Shown: piece by piece, positions 51,261 to 61,127 of the stretch
How positions within the stretch are numbered: position 1 is the first letter of the stretch
Layout: every line of letters starts with the position of its first letter
The notes under the pieces: generated by a model
Databases searched by the model: none
Told to the model about the DNA's origin: nothing
The model's input: the letters and a program-made list of their open reading frames with translations, nothing else
Translations under genes and position numbers: made by a program
Assembly: GCA_036172245.1 (NCBI GenBank)
Contig: JAYWIR010000037.1
Span: 1,860,001 to 1,924,000 of the forward strand
Reading direction: 5' to 3'
Length of the DNA stretch: 64,000 bases
From: Raillietiella orientalis
Lineage: Eukaryota

Positions 51261-52597
51261 TGCTATGATTCAGTGGCTGTACGATGTTTTTTTTTTTGGC
51301 GAAGGATGGAGTCTGCTTGCAGCTTAACGGCCTCGTTGGATAACGACTGTTTTTCAGCATGCAAGATTCTCTTCTTTCCTTTGACCAGGAGGAATTCGAT
51401 TATCTAAGATGGCTTCACTTCCATGCCTCTGTTTCTTTTCTGTTGCACTTGTCTGCATCACGACGACAATTTTCTCGAAACCTTCCTTCCTATTAGGTCG
51501 CGCATAAAACAAAGGGAAGCTAGATTTTTTCCCCAGCTTTCCTCATTTGCCATTTTCCTGTTGGAAGTGTTCCATTTACAGCTTTTTCGTCACGGTCACT
51601 TTTCCTACATGTCCGATCTGTTTAGCCCGTCGGGTTCCTCAACATCAGATACATCGAATTTGTTTTTTTTTTTGTTTTTATTTATGTTTTTCCAGAAAGA
51701 AAAGCACGTCTTCTTGAAGCTTGTAAGCGAGCGCTATTGGAGCTCAGCAATGCTCTTCCGGAAAAAAAACTTTGGTCCTTTCTCTCTTCGTCTCTGTGAA
51801 CGAAACCGGCACTCGAAGCTGTACTGCAGAAACTCTTTGCTCTGCCGCAAGCTTCTTCTCAAGCCTTCCTTTACTTTACTGATCTAGGCGGCCTGCACTT
51901 CATTCATGCTCATCCTCTCAGACTGTCTGGACTTCTTTTCTGTTGAATTTCTTACTATTTGAAATTCTTGTAGACCCATCGGTACCCCACTGTGACCGGC
52001 TTGGTTTTGTCTGCTGGCGTGATAAGAAAACCTGCCTCCCCGATGCATTTACACAACCTTGCTTGACCTTGGAAACTTTGCTTTCGGGAGGGCAAATCAG
52101 TGGCTGATTTCCTTCGGAATCAGCTTACCCCTTTCTCAACTTAACTACAATCCAGAGTTCTTTTCCTATGCAGTTTCCTTCATCAAATTGCTGTCTCCTT
52201 TGAGTCCACCTCTTTGCCAGAGTTTATGGTCTTCTTGTCTTCAGAGTGCATGCGTGAGTGACAGCACTTATTGAGCACCCCTTTCATGGAATGCCTCCAA
52301 GATCATAAGAGAGCACCACGAGAACTCGAAAAATCATCTTTATTTCCTGCTTTCCAAAGTGCCTCCGTTGGCTGAAGAAGATGGTCTGCTTTGTATTTTC
52401 CTGGAATATTCCACACTGTGCAGTGGAAGAGAAGGACAGAGGGTATCCGAAGACTGAAGCTCCAATTTTCGTTAGAGGCTGGGATTACCTGCAAGACGCA
52501 CCCATGCTATTCTCTTGCACGACTTCCCAGTGACGAAGTTCCGAGTCGGAGACCGTGGCCGTGTGGCCACAATCTCCACGTGTGCTACTAAACGTCT

Positions 52598-53300
52598 TGA
52601 GGGTTCGAATACCCGTAAAGAATCCACTCCAGAGGAATGGGTGCGTCGTAAGTTTCGAGTTCCTCCCGCAAGATGACGCTGGTTGGCCCTTTAAGATTCG
52701 GGTTTGGCATTAGTGGAAGCCGGATGCCCCCGATGAGTGGCCGGAATTCGGAAGTTGACCTTCTAGGGTCCTTCCAGGGACCAAGGAGTCGGTTCCCTGG
52801 AGGGTTCTCCTCCAGTGTTGTAAATGGAGCCGTCTCACCCCCCCTCGGAGGGAAATCCTCCATCTCGTTTCATGGAGCTGGTGCATTGATACCTCTCCTA
52901 AGTGTGAAGAAGTGTGCTTCTCCCTTCAGGGTTCTCTTCAGAGGAAGAAACAAGGAGAGATTCCCTTGCATGTTCCCTCCGGAGAAGAAATTCCAGGAAT
53001 GGATTCTTTTCCAGGTTTCCTTCGGAGAAAAAATAATGGTGTGGTCCTCTTCGGGGGTCCTTGGAGAGAGTAAGGAAGAGGTCTCCCTTCAGGAATCCCT
53101 CCCAAGCATGGGAGGAACGGATTTCTTTTCCCGAGTTGCTTTCTGGGTTCATAGGGTAGTCCCCTCCTGGGGTGCTCCCTGACTTGAAGAGTCAACACTC
53201 ATCTCCGAGTGACGTGAGGCAGCGCTAAAGAGCTAGGTGAGCCTCCAGGAGCGTTCAGCACAAGGTTCTTCAGCAATTAGCGAGAACAGAGCTGTGACAG
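52598..53300 (-). repeat. Unclassified dispersed repeat, copy C (more diverged)
   Basis: Shares NRLL..WK, LIGGIRL..MP and PTSVILRE with copies A/B, and REHPRRGLPYEPRK with copy B. Confidence 0.8.
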
Positions 53301-55066
53301 ATCCCTTCCACCTCTTCCCCCAGCACCCGTCAGAGGATGAACTGCGGAAGCGCAGACAAAATGACGTTTGTCCGCGCTTCCCCCCCCCCCCCCCCAGAGG
53401 GTACCAGTAGGGCAGCTGGTACCTCAACCTCTCAGATCGTTTACTCTTGGTGGGTTCCTCCAGTGTGGCAGGGAAATTGGTTAGAGGGAGGTAAGGAGTG
53501 AGAGACTAGGTAGAGCGGTAGGGGTAAGGATGGAAAGGAAGGCAGCTGGAGGCATGGGAGACCGTCTCAGAGGCAATCAGAGCACTACGCAGGAACAGGC
53601 TCTTCATCGGTAGATACGAAGATCAATTTCTATCCGGGAGGATAGCATAATTCTTCTTGGAAAAATCCTTCTACTGCTCTTCTTCGGCGATGTGCATGGA
53701 CAAGAGGTCGTGATCCGGCGCAGCATCTCTCGTATTCCATTCTTCCTGCCTTGCCCATGGAGACCAGACCCCCTATCAGCTTCCTCCGATGTTGCCGAGG
53801 AACTCCACAGGAGCTTCCAGGGGATTCTCAGTGCCCACAATTCTCGGTAATCCCCACTATTTGGAACTCAAGCCCCGGGGCCAAGAAATGGTGGCAAAGG
53901 CAGCTGTCCGGAATGCCATCCACGATGAGAGGGAGGAAAGAGGTCACAAGCCCATCTGGAATAGGTAGAGGTACTTTTCTTGGATCCACGATTTTGAGAG
54001 GGAGCCCGGACTGAAGAGGAGCAGTGGCTCCTGGAGACGGAAGATGGATTTTTCTGCACAAGGGTAGCGGGAGCACGCATCAGCGTCGAGTCTAAAGCGA
54101 AGCGCGGCGCCAGGATCGTCGGCGTTTCTCGTGACCCTCGGACAGTCGACTCCTCTGACCTCTTCCAAGGTCTCGCAGCTGGAAAGGGGGGTTCGCTTGG
54201 GCTGCTCGGAACCTGACGTACCCGTCGGTCTCAGGAGACTCATGAGCTGTCGGTTCAGTAGGATGAGAGCATGGGGGAGAGAACGCTCAAGACAATTAGG
54301 GGAGGGGACGTAGCCAGGAATCACCGCTGTGCAACCATTGACCTCTCACTGGGTCGTCCCCAGAGGGAGTTTTACAGCCCGGCGAGTACACGCGGCTGCG
54401 CTGCTCCTGGACACTCACATGAACTGACAGGTCCTTTGCTTTTAGGTTGCAGACCTTCACATGGATACGTACCAATACCTGTACATCTTCCTGGATTTCG
54501 TAAGTAGATCGGAAGCCCCAGTGTCCTCGTGTTACCGAAACCCACGCGTGCGCGACCCACGCAGCGTGTGCGATGCACGTTCGGGCCGTTCGCGAAGCCC
54601 GAGGGGTGGGAGCACCTCATGAGAATGCACCCTAATGCTTTCTCTGAGCTGCCCAACGATTCCTGCTGCACGATAGTGGTGGTAGCAACCACATTTGCAA
54701 TTCACCAGTTCGCGCTCCATTACGTTACGATTATGCACAGGAGCGCACGTACCGCGTACTCATGTGCTCGTAAACAGTTTTGTGTTTCCTTCGGGTCGGC
54801 TCCGATCACGTGGGAGGCTCGAGGTGAGGCAGTTTGCCATCCCCACCGTCACAGCAACGCGACCTTTTGGTTTTGCGTGAGGCAATGCATTCAGGCGGTG
54901 GGAAGATTCCAGCTACGAACGCTGGTTGTGTTGGTTGGTAGAGTCCTTTCCAAGCCGGCTAATCTCTTGCCCGAGGTCTGCGAACTCCAGGACACTCATC
55001 CGCGCGGCTGGCGCAGCCCCGCGGTTGGTTTCGCTCAATGCTTCTGCAAACTCTCGCCTCCCCTCC

Positions 55067-55172
55067 CCACAACCGGTTGCTGGTGTTTACACCCCGGTAC
55101 GCCGGGTCGTTTATTGAAACTCTCTATATACGTGGTACAAGACCCCACTACGGCCACAACCGGTTGCTGGTG
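55067..55172. repeat. 19-nt direct repeat pair CCACAACCGGTTGCTGGTG
   Basis: Copies at 55067-55085 and 55154-55172, each containing the palindrome CAACCGGTTG. Confidence 0.9.
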
Positions 55173-55763
55173 CCAGGCTTCTCAGTGACGAGGTACGTGC
55201 AAACACGCACATACGAAGGCGAGACGAGCGAATAGTGAGCACTTGTATACGCATGCGCATAAGCGAGCATGGTCAAATGTTTCTTTATGCTCACAAACTA
55301 GGTATGTACTTCAGCACGAATGCTCTCATTCCTCATGAGTCTGGTCAAATTTTCCTTTTCCATCGTCATTCGCTTCTGCATTTCCAATACTGGTATATCA
55401 AAGAAGTTTAAGGGACATGAAAAATCACCGAAAATCGCTCTCAAGTGCTGCATTCAATTCATTTCGACGCCAGAACTGTCTTTTGGTCCATGCGAAAGCA
55501 TTGCTTTCATTTATCCCATGCCTCTTTCGATGCCAGCCTGTGATTCCTGCACAGCTTGCCTGTATCAAGAATGCTCGTTTCTTCTCCTCAGCTAGGTCGC
55601 GCCTGTTCTTCACCAGTCTCTTCATCCTACCGTGGATGAGAAAATTTCAATCCATTTTCCACCAGTGACTCTTTGCCTCCTCCATTCGACCTCCAGCTCT
55701 ATGCGAGGAGGCGCTTCGAAATCGAGAGCTGGCTTTCCTATCTCTGACTCGCTATTCCTTGTC

Positions 55764-56580
55764 TTATATTTCCAGAGTGTTTTTTTTTTGTGTGTGTGGT
55801 GGTGGGGACGGCGGTTCCTCCGTCTTGGGGCTGTTTGTTTTCCGAAGTCCTTCAAAAGACGGCTTCCAGGAGTTCTTGAGCTTCGTTCACGTTCCTTCCG
55901 ATGCTACCGGCGTCAAGCAGGCCTTCCTTGGGACATGAAAAGCTTTCATCGGAGGAGGAAGTAGACCCGTGTTGGAGGCCGTCGGGCTACGCTCTCCGCT
56001 CGTGGTACCATGCGTAGCGGGCTCGAATCCCGCCCGGGGAAGGATCGACACCGGGAGCGGGGGGGAGGGTTAGTGATGGGTTTCGAATCCTCCCGCAGGA
56101 TGACGCTGGCTGGCCTGTAGGATTTCGGCGTGGCATTGGTGATAGCCGGATGCCTCCGATGAGTTGCCGGGATTCGGAAGCTGGACCCTCCAAGGTACTT
56201 CCAGGACTCAAGGAGTCGGTTCCGTTCAGGACGCTTGTGAGAATGGGTCGCCTATCAAGGGGAGACTCTTTCCATCTCGTACCATGGAGTAGGTGGGTTG
56301 ATTCCTCTCCAACTTCTCCAGAGTGTCACGAAGTGCGCTGCTCCTTCGGATTATCTTCAGGGGAGGAGGGAACAAAGAGTGGTTCTCTTCGGAGAAGAAA
56401 TGAGAAAGAGTAGTCCCCACGCAGGTTCGGAGAGGATGAGGAAGACGTTCTCTTCGAGGTTCTCCTCCCAAGCGTAATAGGAACGAACTCCTTCCTCCGG
56501 ACCGTTCTTGGGTTCATAAAGTGTTCACCTCCCGGGGTACTCCCTAACTTGAACACACACACCCTCGGGTGATGTGAACA
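55764..56580 (-). repeat. Unclassified dispersed repeat, copy A
   Basis: Reverse complement of 60107-60949; nearly identical over ~55790-56345. Confidence 0.9.
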
Positions 56581-59500
56581 GAGAGTAAAAGATCTTCGTG
56601 AGCCATTCAAGGAAGCGAAACGATTCCCGAGTACTTAGCAGAAAGAAGAGACGGAGGCTAGTGTTGTCGCTGGTGGTATCTCTTGTGTGAATCTCATAAC
56701 GTCGTCTGGGCTACTTTTGCAGTTTTTATGTATCGCCTTCGAAGTGTGAGAAAACTTGTAAGAAAAGAAAAACAGACTGATATTGGTAGAGGATCTTGCA
56801 AACGAAGTTGAACAGTCCTCGGGTTAGCTCTGTGTAAAAGAATATTGCTCTTTAAGGTTGCTTACGAAATATGCAACGAGCAAACTACAGATTGCTTCAT
56901 GATGGTTTCCAGAACTATGTAGATTTTGAACTGACTTCTTGAACGATTCTCTGGGACTGTTTACACTGCATCCAAGATTTTAACTAGTCTGAGGTCTACC
57001 ATCTTGTTTTCTGAAGGCCCTTCCCTGCAAAGATGTGTGGAGACGAGTCAGCCACACCTGCACCGTGGGAAACTGGTTGGAACCTTCCGTCTGAAGACCC
57101 CTTCTCTGAAAAACTCGATATGTATCTGTGATGCTTGCCAGCACCAATCACGATAGCGCAAGATCTCATGCGGATGAATTTTCGCGGAGGAATGGCATAC
57201 CCCGCACTTCTGCCTCATCATTCTGAATCCCGCGGAGGGAATGTGTCGGTTTGAAGAATGGCTACTGGATCAACACGTGTAGACAGCTTGCAGTAAGTGG
57301 ACCATGGCTGGAAAGTCCATCCCGCCATCGATTGCTCTCTTTGAGACTCTCTGAGGGAGATTCACATTTGACTCACAAAGGTCCCTCTTTGATAGCGCGT
57401 TGGCCACGCAATCAAATCCCTAATGAAATGGCAAATTTTCCATTATTCGAGGGGGAAACGGGAGGGATGGAGGGAGAAAAGCAGCTCACTGATCTTGGCG
57501 TTAGAGCGAAAATATGGCCGCTCGTGACTTTTACTGTTGCGTAAATCAAAGCAGAAGCAACCGGTTTTGCTGCAGGACTTCCGGACGAATAAACAGTTGT
57601 TGAAAGAGTTTTAAAGAGCTCACTAATTCCTTGGGAGCACATACTTGGCAGGAATGTAGATAACGGAACATTAGTTGCCCGTCCAATTGAGTTTTAGAGA
57701 ACAGGATGCAGGGATAGGGAAACGAAGTTCTTACCCTCGAACGGGGTGTTTCTGTGCTATTTTCCGGGAGCGATCAGAAATCCCGTGTCTTTTAGAGATA
57801 AAACTGAATATGAACGTAGGCGGGACCTCAAATAGAATGCCAGTGGAATCTTCAAGGAAGAATCCAGCAGCTGCTCCCTCGGACTAAACAGCTTGTATCT
57901 CTTCCTTCTTGAAAAATGGAGCTGGAGAGTCATTTTCGAAACAAAAAGTGCTGATACCTTAGAGATGTTGATTTGCGGATAGCATCGAGCTCTCTTTTCT
58001 TCCGCATACCCGCGTTCACTTTCAAACAGAGGGATGGTTTCGTTGCAAGAAATAGATTCCCGCCATTGAGAACAGCAATTCCGTGGCACTTCGAAAAATC
58101 TTTCACTAGGAAGGAACTTGGAGAGATCGTGCAGAGCCATGCGAGGATCCTGGACACTTGAAACATTCTGGAATTGTTTCCAAAGTTTAGATCAATAGTG
58201 TTTCGGGTCGAGTGATCCATGTTATCACCGAGAAGTGGCCACGAAAGAACGCGCTTTATCTGTCTGGGCTACCTACAAGGATTTCTTTTGGAAAAAAAAA
58301 CTACAAGTGAATGTTCTTTCGAAGTGTTTTTCCTAGATGACCACGGCCGTGGGGCTAACAGCCATCTGGTATAGTTCGCAATGACCTTTTTGGCAGAATG
58401 TTTCAGAGACTTCCCAAAGGTGCCATGCCTCCCAAAGGGAAAACGATGGATTTCGAAACCCAGCTCCACGGAAATGCTATCCGGAGAACACCACGAACGC
58501 CATTCAGATGAACAATTTCGAAGAGAAAGTTTCCTCTTTTTAGAATGAGCATATCTACAGATTTCCTCCGAGCCATGAACGCGTCAGACGACTCACTACT
58601 ATTACTAGTCCTACTAATACGTTGCAACTGGCACGCTGTACAGTGTATTCAACTGTATCTTCAGGAATAAAATGCAGACATTTGGAAAGGCATTTTAGGA
58701 AATTCTGAAGAATGTACGAAGTCTCTATTGCAAGATTGCTGCTAGAACAAGTACACTCTTTCAAAGTTGAAAAAAAATTCAAGATCAAAAATCACTCTAG
58801 AATTCTATAGCAAAGGTCAGCTATGGAAACACAACCGTTTATTTATGTTTTTATAAAATAAAAAATACAAAAAGATGTAGGACCTGTTCCAAGTTCTAAA
58901 TTTCGTAATAAGAGTCATTATAGGAATGCAGACCTGACTGGTGAGAGTTTATAAATACCATTAACATACAGAATATTAATAAGCATATGCTACTCTAAAA
59001 TCTTAAGAGGGCTGGTGGTAACTTTAGAAAAAATATGCTTCAGGAGAATAAAATTCAATAATATTAACTCCGCAGATGATGTTTATTATAAAAACTTACT
59101 ACTGGGTGAATAGTTGAAAAATGTTGGTACAGAACCACTTCCTCTTCGTCACTGCTTCCGGTGTTCCTGTTCTTTTCGAACTTTTAGGAAAGGTTTCCAT
59201 TGTACATCTGCAATCGCAGTGAAGAAGCATTCCTCTGGCGCTTGGATGTCGAATTCGGACTGTTCGATCAACAACCAACACACTAAACACGAACGGAAAC
59301 GTGCGACTGGTGGATACCGATCGTGGGGCCCTCTTTCTTCAAGCTTGAACCCAGGAGCCGGAGCAACCTGATTTCCCTTGCGGTGTTTGTCTTTAGCGGT
59401 CTTCAGAATGAGCTCGATTGACCTTAATGGCCACAGATGAAGCACTGGTTTCCAGATGTGGTTGCACGATTGAAGCTCAAGCTCGAGGAAAGGCCTCTGT

Positions 59501-60036
59501 GTGTACCTGTTGAAAGTCGTCCTTCGATCATGCAGGAGAGGGCAGGGAGCGCCACGCGGCGCTCTCAGTCCGGACGGAAGGCAGAGGATCTCCTGGTGAG
59601 CGGTGCTGGCTCGACTCGAAAAGCCGCTCTACCGGGTGCTTGGAAAGGGCGAGAATTTCCGTCTCCGCGAGGAGGTGGAAGCGGCCTAACACTCGCATTT
59701 CAAGGCACTGACGAGGAAGTCATGGAGCTCTTGAGGAAGGGATCTCTGGACATCTCACGGAGGAAAGAGAAGCAGAAAACGTCTCTTGAATTTGTTGCCA
59801 TTGGGCATCCGAATCTGCCAATGTCACTCGCTACGTGACCTCAGAACTTCCTTCGTCTTTCCCCGAAAAGAGAAGATCCGATGGAAGGAGCTATCTGAAG
59901 GGGATGGGCTCCTCGGAGAAGCAAACGACGGCTTCCGCTTCGAATCTTTGCTTGGTAAACATGCACTTCTCAGGAAACGAAGAGTGGTTACGAAGATTTC
60001 TCCCATCCGTTGCAACAGAATACTGTGCCCCAAGAA

Positions 60037-60864
60037 GCAGCCCTATTCGGTTCGCTAAGTGTTCAAGAGCCGTTCTTGCCTAGGGGCTGGCGAAGCTCTT
60101 TAACAATGTCCACGCATCCCGAGGGGGCGTGTGTAACTTTTCAATATAGGGAGTATCCCAGGAGGGGACTGCCCTATGAATCAAGGAAGGCTCAGGGAGG
60201 AAAGCGTCCTTTCCTCCTACGCTTGAAAGGCTCCCTCGCAAGGGAACTGCTCTTGGTTACTATTCTGAAGAGAACCCCGAAGGGACGCTTCCTAACTTCT
60301 CTGAAGGCTTCCCTTTCCGAAGGGAGCAGCGCACTTCGTGACACTCTGGAGAGGTTGGAGAGGAATCAACCCACCTACTCCATGGTACGAGATGGAAAGA
60401 GTCTCCCCTTGATAGGTGACCCATTCTCACAAGCGTCCTGAACGGAACCGACTCCTTGAGTCCTGGAAGTACCTCGGAGGGTCCAGCTTCCGAATCCTGG
60501 CAACTCATCGGAGGCATCCGTCTATCACCAATGCCACGCCCAAATCCTACAGGCCAACCAGCGTCATCCTGCGGGAGGATTCGAAACCCATCACGGACCC
60601 CCCCCGCTCCCGGTGTCGATCCTTCCCTGGGCGGGATTCGAGCCCGCAACGCATGGTACCACGCGCGGAGAGCGTAGCCCGACGGTCTCCAACACGGGTC
60701 TACTTCCTCCTCCGATGAGATCTTTTCATGTCCCAAGGAAGGCCTGCTTGACGCCGGTAGCATCGGAAGGAACGTGAACGAAGCTCCAGAGCTCTTGAAA
60801 GGCGTCTTTTGAAGGACTTCGGAAAACAAACAGCCCCAAGACAGAGGAACCTCCGTCCCCACCA

Positions 60865-60935
<71 letters not shown>

Positions 60936-60949
60936 CTCTGGAACTATAA
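60037..60949 (+). repeat. Unclassified dispersed repeat, copy B (inverted relative to A and C)
   Basis: Shares SSALRDTLE(R/K)LERNQPTYSMVRDGKSLPLIGDPFSQAS and the downstream sequence with copy A; shares PRRGLPYE with copy C. Confidence 0.9.
60866..60931. repeat. (CA)33 microsatellite
   Basis: Direct reading. Confidence 0.97.
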
Positions 60950-61127
60950 CAGCGAGGTTTCACCAGTGCCGCACCCGAAAATAGGTCGATCAGCGTCATC
61001 GTGCGATGGATTGGAAATTTACCACTCACCTTCCGTTCTAGGAGTCCATGTTCCGCATGGGGATTGGAACCTGCAACGGTTGGTACAGCTCTCAGAGACC
61101 GCAGCCACACTGCTACCAACACAAGCC
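60950..61127 (-). mobile_element. tRNA-derived SINE-like head (or tRNA pseudogene)
   Basis: A-box-like TAGCAGTGTGG (61115-61105) and B-box-like GGTTCCAATCC (61071-61061), 33 nt apart as in tRNA genes; no clean cloverleaf. Confidence 0.45.

Noticed and set aside
55067..55172. Palindromic direct repeats as a mini CRISPR array
   Set aside because: Only two 19-nt units with a 68-nt spacer, in a eukaryotic context with no cas genes.
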